DNA of 64,000 nucleotides, taken from Eledone cirrhosa. Taxonomy: Eukaryota. Each line of letters starts with the position of its first letter. The stretch's first letter is position 1. This document shows positions 23,444-37,045 of the stretch, piece after piece. The notes under the pieces were generated by a model, which had not been told where the DNA came from, did no database searches, and worked only from the letters and a program-made list of their open reading frames with translations. Where the stretch lies: assembly GCA_964016885.1 (NCBI GenBank), contig OZ024756.1:25730001-25794000 (forward strand), written 5' to 3'. Position numbers and translations under genes: made by a program.

Positions 23444-24389
23444 TCCAGCAGTAATTTGATACTTTCCTCAATAGAGTTTATTTCACACTATCAAGCAGTC
23501 ACAAATAAAATGACCTTTGATGGCTTCATAGATAAGTTTCTATTGTGAATCGGTTTAACCCTTTAGCATTTAAATCGGCCATATCCGGTTAACAGCTCCC
23601 CCTTTTTTTCTGTTCAAACTGGCCATAACCAGCCGCTCATGCCGGCATTAAAATACCATTCTTAAAATAAACAATCATGTCATTAAAATCTCAGTAGATT
23701 TGAGATTATGTGAGGTAAAGCCTTTACCATGAAAATACAATAGTAAATATACAGTAATCTAAATGCTAAAGAGTTAAAGTCACCACTATGTCTAAGATTT
23801 TGACATAGCAAACAGCCATTGTTTATTCTTGTGTTCTAGAGATAGAATGAGCTCCTAGAATCAAAGTAAGCAGTTGCAGAGTTGATTCCAAGCATTTAAA
23901 ATATAGTCCACTGTCTCAAACAGACTCCCGTGGGTCCCTCCCAGTCTCTCACTCTCTATATTGGTCTCTCTCGCTGCCAGGCAAACGACCATCATCACTT
24001 TACAGAAGTGCGATAACTACCATCTTTTGAATCATTGCACACACTTACATATCACAACAACTTAAGCCTTGTTTTCATTACAATGTCAACAATAGACTTG
24101 TAGCAGGTTATTTAATTAATAAATATATTTTAAGTAGTGATCATATTTCATTTGTTCATTCATCGGCATTTCACACATTTTACCATATACATAATCACCT
24201 ATTAAGTCAACAATAAATTACTACTACGAAATCTGCCACGCAACAATGAAGATAAACCACTGAACCACGGACAAATATTAATTCTCCAAACCACCAACAA
24301 CCAAAACAAATTCAGTCGCTACATTGGCAACCTCTATCGTTACATCTACAATAGATTATGTCTCTGCAACCAAAATTCACTTTGCTACA
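23444..24389. mobile_element. Solo-LTR-like insertion with 4-bp TSD (TTTA)
   Basis: Removing the insert and one TTTA restores the RT motif EQIFTLHITE; right end ...TGCTACA, left end TCCAGCA (degenerate TGTAGCA). Confidence 0.6.
23559..23773. mobile_element. piggyBac-type MITE
   Basis: TTAA|CCCTTTAGCATTTA ... TAAATGCTAAAGAG|TTAA. Confidence 0.85.
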
Positions 24390-25034
24390 TTTACATTGCA
24401 CATCACTGAACCTAGCATCGAGCTGCAAAAGCCGCTGGCAGTCAGCTTCATTGACTTTCAAAAAGCATTTGACAGCGTGTACAGTGAGTCGCCGTGGAAC
24501 ATTGTGCGCTTGTGTGGCATTTTACAGAGTTTCATCATTATCTTCAAAGACCTGTATGCCAATTCGAGTTGATGCGTGAGAACCGAATCCGGTACAACGG
24601 ATTTCTTCGATATCATCTCCGGGGTCAGACAAGGCGGCATCTTCTCTCCCCTGTTGCTCCTGCTGGCAGTTGATTTCGTATTGAAAAATACTGCTTACGG
24701 GGACGGTCGGGGGATCTTATGGACAGAGAAATCAAGGCTGAAAGACTTGGATTTTGCCGACGACAGTACGAACATGCAAGAGCTAACTACACACCTCCAT
24801 GAAAGGTGCCTGCGTAAGGTTCTAAAGGTCACCTGGCGTACACACCTCCATCAAAGGTGCCTGCGTAAGGTTCTAAAGGTCACCTGGCGTACACACCTCC
24901 ATCAAAGGTGCCTGCGTAAGGTTCTAAATGTCACCTGGCGAGATCAGGTGAGGAACGAAGAGATTCTGCGGAGAGCAGGGTCGCGTAACTGCAGAAGATC
25001 GTCACGGAGCGTCGGCGCCGCGGTCGGGATTTTA

Positions 25035-25111
<77 letters not shown>

Positions 25112-25174
25112 ATATGTATATAGTTGATAAATGAAACAAAACTAACACAGGGATGCAAAAATACAGTCATATTA

Positions 25175-25224
<50 letters not shown>

Positions 25225-25967
25225 GCATATATTATAAACATTTCCAAGACAATATAATCAGCATTACCAAATAAATATCAACATTACTAAATTTACGAAA
25301 GTGATAGCAACATTACGACTAAAATACTATATAAACAGATTGAAGTTTCCGAAGCGAAAGAAACCAAGAATAATATAAATATAAAAACATGATGAGTAAG
25401 ATAAACATTTACATTACGAAGAATTTTCATTGAGAATTGTCACTTACTTTACGAGCGAGAACACTCTAATGAAGTGAAAAGATTGTCGTGTGTATCAGGT
25501 AGAACTGTTGAATGAATCATAATGAAAGAGAGCAGACGACATTGCGGAAGGAAGTGAATGTTGCGTCATTTCAAACATTGTTTAATTTGACAAATGGTGG
25601 AAGCAAAAGCCAAAGTTTTTCTTCTGATATCGTACATGTGTACCGGTATTTGTGTGGTGTGTGTGTGTGTGTGTGTGTTACACACACACACACAGACATA
25701 TATATATATATATATATAAACAGTGGAAGTGGTTAACTTAATGATTCAATCAAAATGATTGATAAAGTGTTGTCAAGAAACAATAACAGGGCGATAGAAG
25801 ACAAACCTATTCCGCCCCCTTCCCCACCATCGCCACCCAATAAATAACATTGCTGGAACCATGGACAAATTCAGTTTGGTATTTTTTTTTTTTTGTAGTT
25901 TTTACATTGTTTTTTCTTACTTTATTTGTTACTTTTGGATATATGTGTATACGTATGTGTGCGCATT

Positions 25968-26035
<68 letters not shown>

Positions 26036-29000
26036 TCTATGTGCGTATGTGTGTACGTATGTATATGTATATATGTGTGTGTGTGTGTATATTTCTTTCT
26101 TTATATTTATTTATTTATTTATTGGGCGACCTTCAAATGAGAATTTGTGGAAAACGTTGGTGTTGCTGATGTTGAATTGTTTTATAAGAGGGGTTTAGGT
26201 GTGGCTTCGTCATTGCTTTGAAAAAGTGGGAGTACATGTGAAACGAAGTTTTATTTGTTGTGTAAGAAATGACGAACACGACAAATACCAACAATTCCGG
26301 TTGAATATATATATCTTTACTTCACTTCAGCAAAAAGGAAAAAATATGATTAGTTCGAATCGTAACTATGTTTGATTATAGTGTTTACAAATGACTATAG
26401 TGTTCAGTAAAGGCCTCAGTGTTGTGCACAAATCTTTTATTTACCATGGAATGTTTCCTTAAAAGAAAAGTAACAAGTTGTAGTTGACAGTGCGTGGCTG
26501 GCTGGTATTGTAGTAAACCGTTATGTCCAGGTTGTGTTGTACAGGCGAAAAGGCAATTGTCTGAGTGAGTTAGGACCACAGGACAGCCTATTTATAATGA
26601 CACCTAGTTATTTTACTGATAGATAACAGCTGGCGCCAGACAATGTACTGCTTCCTATCACTTGTGTCGTAAATCCTACCATCAGGGGAAATTTATCTAT
26701 TGTCTTCCCTACGAGGTCGCAGTGGAAAAAACATTTCTTTCGCTACACATGCACTCTCCTCACACACATAGCTACTACGAAATAGCCTCTACATGGTCAC
26801 TTGGCTTTGCCTGAAATAGCAGCTAAAACTCCCTCCCAAATTATTCCAAACCAGAATTTAACAACTAACGACAGTTTAGAGCAAGGGTCTGGGATACGCG
26901 ACCCGCAAACTGCTTTCCTATGGCTCACGGCAGAACAATTTTCGTGACTAATTAAGGAAAATTTGAAACAGAAAACTTGTCCCCCGCCCTTACATTTTGT
27001 ACTGGTTCACATATTCCACTTACTATGATATACATATTCATTTACATTACGTATAAATAAATAGATAAATAAACAAAAAATAAACAAATAAACAAGTAAA
27101 CAAATAAATATTTAGCAGCCTATCAGCTGTAATGTAGATTAACATTATAACTGAGGGAGATCACACCGCACATCATCTCACTTTTGGTCCGCTGTGACTC
27201 TTCCCCGGGACGTAATGGCCCTTTTGAGTGCTCGAGTTTAAGGCTCCTGCTTCAGAGCCAGCAGATAGTGACGAATATTTTACTTTTTATTCCCCATTCT
27301 TAATAAAGTCTGACATTTCCCTCTTTTTTATTAATATAATGGATGCAGAATGGCCAAATGGCTACGAAGTTTGCTTCGCGATCTTAAGATCTAGGGTTCG
27401 ATCCCATCCCGTGGAATCAAGTGTATGTGTCATTTATCATAGCCTCGGGTCGACCTAAACCTTGTGAGAGAAATTGGGTAAACAGAAACTGCTTGGAAGC
27501 CGGTCGGATAGACTAGTGTACCTGTAAGTCAAACTGCCAATCATGTCACACAGTGTAACGCTGAATCTCCCTTAGAATTTCATTGGGGGTACAAGTGTCT
27601 GTAGAATGCTCGTGTTTGTGGAATGCTCAGCCACTTACAGTATAATACAAGATGGACTGTACCTATAATTTAATGTGCCAGCCGAGTTACTCACTGCATC
27701 ACGCCGAATTCTCCGTGGGAATTATGTTTAATGTACTCTAGTGTCTGTGGAATACTCAGCCACAAGCACGTTGATCTCACGAGCAAACTGTACCGTTGAT
27801 CGAACAACTGGAACACGCTTCGACGAAACCGACAGAAGTCCATTCATTGATTTAGAATTCTTTTCTGTATCATTCACATGTCATATCATTCTTCTGTGAG
27901 AAGGAAGATACCAGCCTAGTGAAAAACAATGTAAATGTGTATGTGTGAGTGTGTGTGTGTGTGTGCGCGCGCACCTATACACATACACACATACATATAA
28001 ATACACAACTATATGCATACAACTACAAACAATTTACACGTTAATTGAGTCTCAGGCTGTCAGTTGGTACTTCAACAAGTTGTTGTTACTGTTGATATTA
28101 CTGTTGTTGTCGTAGTTATTATTGTTGTTGTTACTCTTGTGTGTGTGTGTGTGTGTACGATGATTGTTACTGTTATTGTTGTTGGGTCTGTGTGTGTGTG
28201 TGTGCGTGTGTGGTTGTGCGTGTATGTGTGTGTGTGGTTGTGTGTGTGTGTAACATGGTGGAATGGTTGATGTTCGCCTCGCAATCAAAAAGTCCCGGGT
28301 TCGATACAATTTCCGTCTACCCAGTTTCACTCCCACAAGGTTTTGATCGGCCTGAGTCTATAATAAATGACACTTGCCCAAGATGCCACACACTGGGATA
28401 ACCCAAGAACAAACGATTGCCAAACGAGATTCTTAACCATTCAGATAGGGTTTTTTAATGACAAGTCAAAGAAATCTAAAATTCTACTGAAGCTGATCAG
28501 TTGAAATTGAAGTATGAAAGAAATTGTTGGAATTTTTTGGCGAGATGAGAAGGAATTTAAAATTCTATCGAACTAAGCCAACTGAAATTTATAAAATAAG
28601 TTCGTATACCGTGAAGGAAAGTGATAGAATCTAACCTTTCAGATATGACCCTTCTTAGAACAGATGTTATCATGAACAGATGATATCATGAACAATATGA
28701 TATCACAACCAGACAATATCACTGTCAAACAATATCACAACCAGATAATTAATTACACAACTAAATAATGACACCACACTATATTACAACCAAACAACAA
28801 CAAAACCAGACGATATCTCAATCAAATGTCACATTCAAATAATAATAATAATACAATGGACGATAAATTTGCGTTATTCTCAGCAGAGAAAAGAATATTT
28901 CCATAAAATATTGACGCAACAATGTCGTTTAACTGAAATATTTGCTGTTTTTTAATCTTTTTTCGTCCTTTTCTCTTTATTTGCAAAACAGTCTTTTTAT

Positions 29001-29396
29001 TTGATATTTGGACAAAGTCAACAGGACATTGTTATTCCAAAGCGACCTTTTATTTGCCGATTTCACTCAGTTTCTGATACAAATGATGTTTCTTAGTGCA
29101 CGATCTCGTCAGACATTCAGAATAGGCGTCCGTTGTGGAAAACGAAATTACAATTAGCGAAAACAAATACAATGTTCACAATCATGTTTTTTTTTAATCA
29201 TCTTGGGGATGATCGTGATGATAGGGAAAAGGAATGTTGTGGTGCAGAAGCAGAGGAAAGGGAGGGGGAGAATGTGAAGAAGAAGAAGAAGAAGAAGAAG
29301 AAGAAGGTAATGAAGTGGATGAGGACAACAACGATGATGTTTTTAATATAGATGTTATTCCTGTTAATATGTGTGTGTGAGAGAGAGAGAGGGGAG

Positions 29397-29481
<85 letters not shown>

Positions 29482-30572
29482 TCATTAATATAAGTCAAAT
29501 ATCGGTCAAAAACATAAATAAATAACCCCCAACAGATGGACATTGATAATGAAGAAGAATAAACATGAGAAAACAGACAAGTAATGAGCTGACGACAGAA
29601 ACGGACGACAGATGTAGACAAGAATAGATGACAGATGTAGACAATAGAAATAGATGACAGATATAGACGACCGAAGCAGACGACAGATGTAGACGACAGA
29701 TGTAGACGACAAAAGCAGGCGACAGAAACAGACATTTGTTTTTGTGGCATTTTCTAATGAAATAATATTGTTTTCTAATTTAGACACAAGGTCACCAAAT
29801 TTGGGGGAAGGCAAAGTTGATTAAATCAACCCAAGTACTTAAATCAACCCAAGTCTAATTTAGACACAATTTGGAAGAAGAATAAAGTTGATTAAGTCAC
29901 CCTCAATACATCACTGGTATTATATTTTCTCCACTCAAAAAATGATATAATATTGTTTTCTAATTTAGACACAGACCCTACAAATTTGGAAGAAGGGCAA
30001 AGTCGATTAAGTCAACCCCAGGACATGACCTGGCATCCTAATGAGATGATATTACAATTGTTTTCATTCTACATTCGCCTGTCTCCCCCACCATCATTAC
30101 TGTCCTTCCATTTTCATCTATTTTTGTGTAATTTTCTAATGAATTGATATTATAAATTTTCACTCTCCGTTCGATGGATGAATCATGGAGGCCAACAGTG
30201 GACGTTGGTGTTTGTGTTGGTGTTGGTAATTATCAAAATGACCAACAGACCGTAACTGGACTTGCAGCAGTTATTGCAGCTGCTGTTGTTGTTATTGCTG
30301 TTGTTGTTGTGGTGGTGGTGGCGGTGGTGGTCGACGTAATGGTGGTGATAGGGTGGGGTGAGAGTAGTGGTGTTGGTGTTGTTGGTGGTAAGGTAGAGAG
30401 ATGGGGTGAGGGTAGTGGTCTTGGTGTTGGTGGTATGTTGGTGGGGTGGGCTGAGGGTAGTGGTGTTGGTGGTATGGTAGTGGGGGTGGTGGGCTTATTT
30501 CTGGACACTAACCAGTAATGATACATAACTTAACACAATACAAGCAACATTCTACAGTAAGTAGATAGATAA

Positions 30573-30662
<90 letters not shown>

Positions 30663-30666
<4 letters not shown>

Positions 30667-31099
30667 TTCTTTATTAGCCACAAGGGCGCAACAAGAAAAT
30701 GGGACAATACAAAGACATGCCGGGGATTTTACATACAGTCGTGTAAAAAATATAAAAACAAACAATTACAACAATCGAAATCTCCAATAGGGGGGAGGCG
30801 CCACAAATGGGTTGTTTAATACTCCGTCGATAGAACAACCCTCAACTCCAGGAGCGTGTTGTGCAAGTGCTCCTTTCTTCCTTTTGCTCTCTTCCTCAAC
30901 CTACAGGCTTATAAACAGAGAAGGCCCAATCACTCGGGCCATTTTCGCTTCATTCACCCACCTTTCAGTAAATTTACTGGGGTGCAGTGCCTCTCTCTCC
31001 ACCCTGATTCTCCTTCTAAAGTGATACTTAAAGAAGGGAATCAATTGTTGTCCGGAGAGAAAGGCATCTCTCCTCAGTCCTCTCAACCTCGTCCACCAT

Positions 31100-31162
<63 letters not shown>

Positions 31163-31462
31163 TATTTCTTTATTAGCCACAGGGGCACAAAAGAAGGGGA
31201 CAAATACAAAGGGGGAAGTTTACATACAATAAAAACGTGTAAAATGTTATCACAAATGGAATTTAAAAAGTTAGTCGATTTTCCCCAATAGAGGGAGACA
31301 GTTTATATGGGTAACACATACCCCCGAAGAAATGTGCAACCCTCATGTCCAGGAGTACGAATAGTTTGTACTCCCTTCCTCTCAACCTCCTTTTCCTCAA
31401 CGTACAGGCTGATATAGAGAGAAGGCCCATTCACTCGGGCTATTCTCGCCACTTTCACCCAC

Positions 31463-31505
<43 letters not shown>

Positions 31506-31830
31506 ATAGATAAATAGATAAATAGATATATTTCTTTATTAGCCACAGGGGCACAAAAGAAGGGGACAAATACAAAGGGGGAAGTTTACATACAATAAAA
31601 ACGTGTAAGATGTTATCACAGATGGAATTTAAAAGTTAGTCGATTTTCCCCAATAGAGGGAGACAGTTTATATGGGTAACACATACCCCCGAAAAAAAAA
31701 TGTGCAACCCTCATCTCCAGGAGTACGAAGAGCTTGTACTCCTTTCCTCTCCTCCTCCTTTTGCTCAACCTACAGGCTGATATAGAGAGAAGGCCCATTC
31801 ACTCGGGCCATTCTCGCCACTTTCACCCAC

Positions 31831-31831
<1 letters not shown>
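30663..31831 (-). mobile_element. Cluster of three 5'-truncated Tx1-clade copies (30663-31099, 31159-31462, 31526-31831) separated by (GATA)n
   Basis: Shared 3' end TGTGGCTAATAAAGAAAT; WWTRLRG..RRRIRVEREAL..RW motif; same orientation. Confidence 0.85.
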
Positions 31832-31876
<45 letters not shown>

Positions 31877-31905
31877 GATAGATAGATAAATAGATAAATA
31901 GATAG

Positions 31906-31936
<31 letters not shown>

Positions 31937-32430
31937 GATAGATAGATAGATAGACAAAGACCTGCTGATAGATAGATAGACAGAGACAGAGACAGGCAGA
32001 TAGATAGATACTAGGTAGATAAAACACGAAAACAAGACCATGTTCTGAATATAATTTTTTAAAAAAAGAAAACTGAACAACTTACATAGGATAAAAGGAG
32101 GTGAGGAATATCATCTGCATGAATAAACCAGTTGAAGTCCCAACAACAAATGAAGTGGTCAGTGCAGACGACAGTTATGTTTATTTATATATATATATAT
32201 AATATATACATACATACATATGTGTGTGTGTGTGTATGCGTATGTGTGTGTGTGTTGTCTACCTATACAAGTGGATCAACCCACATATATTTTAAGTGTA
32301 ACCTATCCTCTTCATTCTGCGCGTTTGTGTATTTTGAGTACCAACTCCTATCTCTTCCTTCTCCCCCTCTAAAAACTATGTGTGTGTGTGTGTGTGTAAG
32401 TACACCGACCGCTACGTACTACACACACAC

Positions 32431-32513
<83 letters not shown>

Positions 32514-32600
32514 TGACGTGCCTAGAGTGAGTGCCGCCCGAGGCAGCCCTTCAGTTTGTCACCCCTGGGTCCCCACAAAAAATACATATTGCTCTTAATA

Positions 32601-32722
<122 letters not shown>

Positions 32723-32758
32723 TACATATATATATATGGATATATACATATATATACA

Positions 32759-32800
<42 letters not shown>

Positions 32801-32896
32801 CATACCAAAATCTCAGATGACTGATGATCGCTAACGAGAAACCCTGAGTTACAACTCACGCAGAGTTAGATTTGAAACTATATATGTGTGTGTTTG

Positions 32897-32986
<90 letters not shown>

Positions 32987-33367
32987 TATATATATATCGT
33001 TAGTCTTTCTATCAATCTATAAATCTTTCAGGACACCTACATTTATAGCACTCCCACTCCATTGCTTCCTCCTTTCTCCCTCTCCTCTATCTCCTTCTCC
33101 CACCCCATTTCACTTCACCTCTGAACTCTTCCAAGTCCACCTTTTCACCCATTCTCCTTATTCACTTATGAAGGCAGTTATCTCACTAAATATAGTTCTA
33201 GCACATTCTGTCTGTGTGAGTGTATATATATATATATAAAATCTAGATTTTAATTTCATATCAGGCACTTCTTTTAGAATCGTCTAACTTCGTGAAACCT
33301 TAGGTAATGGAATAATTATATTGTGTTGTTTATTATATAATTACATACTGTGTGTATATATATATAT

Positions 33368-33872
33368 ATATTAATAAAAGGAATTCCAACTTTGTCTGAT
33401 TTACTCATTTTATTTACAATCCTTTAAAATTTATAATGGTATTAGAATGAAATAGTATGGTAGAATATTAAATGTTAAGTGTTAATTGAACAAGTACTTT
33501 CATGCTTTCGCAATCTTCAGGTTCATATTCTGTGGTGACAGTCAAGTTTGCAATTTTCAACTGTAATGAGTGGGTAAATTTTGTGCCTTATATACAGTGA
33601 AAAGTGGCTACAGAATGCTAAATCTTGCAAACTGTATTTCGACCAATCGGTGTGTAGTTTCACTGGATTACTAAAGCTGATTGGTTTAGGCGTCACGGTT
33701 GGTCGAGCATGTCTAACGACTACTAATTGACCCTATCCAAGGCATCAATTGTTTTGCTACTTTTAGAAATTATGAAAATAGCATTTTCTAGTAATCATCA
33801 CCATCAACATCACTTTTATTATTATTAATGTTGTTGTTGTAACAACAAAGTTGGAATTCCTTTTATTAATAT
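33368..33872 (-). mobile_element. Penelope-like fragment bounded by ~28-bp inverted repeats, in TA-rich flanks
   Basis: ATATTAATAAAAGGAATTCCAACTTTGT / ACAAAGTTGGAATTCCTTTTATTAATAT; internal hammerhead motif. Confidence 0.6.
33487..33525 (-). ncRNA. Minimal type-I hammerhead ribozyme motif
   Basis: Minus strand TGAAC-CTGAAGA-T TGC gaaa GCA T-GAAA-GTAC-TT-GTTCA: stem I is 5 bp, stem II has a GNRA cap, stem III is palindromic, CUU site. Confidence 0.65.
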
Positions 33873-33944
33873 AATCTTCTATACACAATCATACACACCC
33901 GTGTATATTTATCTCTCTCTATATATATATACATATATATATAT

Positions 33945-33984
<40 letters not shown>

Positions 33985-34029
33985 GTATATATATATATAT
34001 ATAATATGTATATATATATAATATGTATG

Positions 34030-34115
<86 letters not shown>

Positions 34116-34139
34116 CAATATATAAAAAGCAAATTTACT

Positions 34140-34260
34140 CAACGCCTCAATGTCTCAGGCCTCCTTTTACACCATGGATCCACAGCCACTCGCACCAGGA
34201 CCGAGCAGAACTTAATTTTCTGCCTTGGAACCACCTTTCTGAATGGGCTCAATCCCCATT
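34140..34260 (+). mobile_element. Penelope-like GIY-YIG endonuclease C-terminal fragment
   Basis: LNVSGLLLHHGSTATRTRTEQNLIFCLGTTFLNGLN matches the R...EQ.LIF.LGT..P.GLN consensus. Confidence 0.75.
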
Positions 34261-35289
34261 CCATAGTTCCTGTACCCCACCTCCTTATCTTTGCTCTCAC
34301 TCACAAACATATGCACATATACACACACACGACTCCAGCCACCACACAATGCACACCCACATTTACAGATCCGTATATACCACTCCCCACACAAGATATG
34401 AAAGGAATAAAAAAAACTAAATATGAAATCATATTGTAGCTAAAAGATATGTTACATAAAAGAAACAACTATATTAGAAGTTTCAAATATACCCTAGAAA
34501 ATGTATTGAATGAAATTTCATTATTTTCTTTAACCCGGGCAATGCCGGGTACTTCTGTTAGTATATATACATATATATATTTATATATATATATATATAC
34601 ATACATACATAAAGGTACACACACACATATATATATATTTTTTGTAAGTTTTTTTTATATAACAATATATATATAACATATAGTATAGGTTGTACGGTGA
34701 AATACTGGTGTTGGTACTAATCAGGCAGAGTGTCTATAATAGAAAAAACGAGGAAGTTACGTTTACATATGAAAAATATTGATTGCGTATTGGTCGATAC
34801 ACAAAATGTATTCCAAGCAGAGTCGGTGTTAGTTGCTACTTGGAGTTTCTCTTTCCCATTCCTCAGCCACAATCATTTCTCTTTTTATATATATATAATC
34901 ACGTGGTTTACTCTATTTAAACTGAGGATCAAGTGGATTACTGACTGTAACCTTTGACAACATGAACAATGGTGTGGCTACAGTTTGTGACAGTCCTTGA
35001 GTTTCCCTTCCCTGAAAAACCTATAGTTTTATTTTTCGATGCAGTCAACCAAAACCGTTTCCCTTTCACTCACACACCCAAGTCCACTTCTTACCACAGG
35101 AGCTACTGTAGTTGAAATGAGGACCCCAAGTTCTATTCTTGTATTTAAGATAGGGACCACACTAACTACAGTATTTAAAAGGAAATCCATGTGAGCTATG
35201 GGGACTATTGTTCTAAATATAGGTCTATATTTATGTACTTTCAATTTCCATTCATTTTCTATCAGGTACTGGTTTCTCCAAATATTTCC

Positions 35290-35570
35290 TAGCCCAAAGC
35301 CCCTGTCAGGTGATGGTGTCCCCAGATGTTCCCTAGTCCAGAGTCCTTATCATCTGGCACTGTCCCCAAATGTTCTCTAGTCCAGAGCCCAAATTAGGTT
35401 CTGATGTCCCCAAGTTTTCTCTAGTCCAGGGACTCTATCATGTGCTGGTGTCCCCAAATGTTCTTTAATCCAGAGCCCCAATTAGGTTCTGATGTCCCCA
35501 CGTTTTCTCTAGTCTAAGGACCCTAACAAATGCTGGAGGCCCCATTTCAGGTGCTGGTGTTCCCAAAATG
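35290..35570. repeat. Degenerate 44-bp minisatellite (~6 units)
   Basis: GTCCCC anchor at 35318, 35362, 35406, 35450, 35494 (exact 44-bp period). Confidence 0.85.
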
Positions 35571-37045
35571 TTTAGACCACGGCCTCTAGTTGCTGTGATC
35601 TGGCTCTGGTTGACCTTGATAGGCATTAAAGAAGTAACATGTCAACAAAAGTCCTTACCGCTGTGAGAAAATGTACAGAAGATTTCTCATGTTAACGAAA
35701 TCACATTTAAATCAATATTCTGTTGTTGGCCACACATTTTCCCAAGATTAACAATCTTAAGAAACAAAATAGTTTATTTATTGTTATACATCCCATACAT
35801 CAGCACCATTGTTATTTCTTGCTGTCCAAATATGGTTTGGAATGTTTTAAATATTTTCATATCTCCAAACCGTTGGAGCTGTACCTGTTCAGGTGTTTGT
35901 CAGAGGTGGACCTTCTATACAGATATTTGACTAATGCCCTGGAGTAGATGCATCACTGGGCTTTGGTCTTCAGGGATGAGGTGTTTCGGACTGATCTAGG
36001 TGGAGACTCTTTCGCAAGAAATATATTTCAGGTTTTTATCTATATTATTTTTTTTCATTTTTTTAAATATAAACTTTATTTTCTAAATTTAAAGATGCAC
36101 TGTTGACAAATAGGATGGGGTGTAGTTGCACCTAATGTACATTTCCTTGGCAACTGGCCAGTTCAGTGGTCCGCTGGGCTGGGTTTTAAAAAAAATCACC
36201 TTAAAAAGTGGTGAAGTCATAGCTGAGCAGTGAAAACACACATCTGGCCCTCAGCAGTCTGTTATTCAGTGTCACCTTAGCTGAGCAGTGAACGCATACA
36301 TCTGGCCCTCAATAGCCTGTTTGTCAGTGTCACCTTAGCCGAGCAATGAAAACGTGTTGGTTTTAAGACCCAGTTCATGTTTGACTAGAGGGCATGTCCT
36401 TGTTTTATACGACTCTCTTGAAACCCAGTTAAGGATATATATATATATATATATATCAGACAGACACTCAGCTAAAGCAACCCAATTAAATGAAGGCGTC
36501 ATTAACCAAGAGGCTGTTGACTAAATTATGGTGCTGTGAATCAAGGATTTCTCATTAATCATGTTAATGAGAAACAAGTTCCAACAAGACCAAAGTGTGG
36601 AGTGGAAGTGAAATAGAGTGGAGATGGCTGATGACTGGAGAGGAGAGAAGAATGGGGAGAAGTGAGAGGCAGTGAAACTAGTTAAAGATATTGACTAACA
36701 AAAGAAATTTTATTAGCATCATCATTACCATCACTGTATTTCCATACTGGCATGGGTTGGACCAGTCAGCACTTAATCATAGCTACTGTTAGACAGGGAA
36801 TCACAACTCACATACATTCTGGTATTGACATGGTTTCTACAGAAACATATAATTCATTTTATTCAGGCTAAAAACTGAGTCTTGCTACTCTGGAGTTTTG
36901 CCTATTTATCACAGAGTCATCAGACAAGTACACATTTTTATACACATACACATTCTTATACTCCAGAATAACAAAACTCACTACTTAACCTTAAGAAAAT
37001 AAATATTCAAACTCTACTTCATTAATGAGTACTCTTTTCTCTCAG

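Larger units (their letters stand above)
23030..25030 (+). mobile_element. Decayed RTE-clade LINE reverse transcriptase, split by a nested insertion
   Basis: IVKLPKKENLTDCNNWCGINLLSVPGKVF; FIDFQKAFDSV; GVRQGGIFSPLL; LDFADD; a 51-bp unit is triplicated at ~24790-24940. Confidence 0.9.

Noticed and set aside
36220-36350. ~58-bp unit repeated about 2.3 times (also short degenerate arrays at 43840-44020 and 29575-29735)
   Set aside because: Ordinary local duplications with no further structure.
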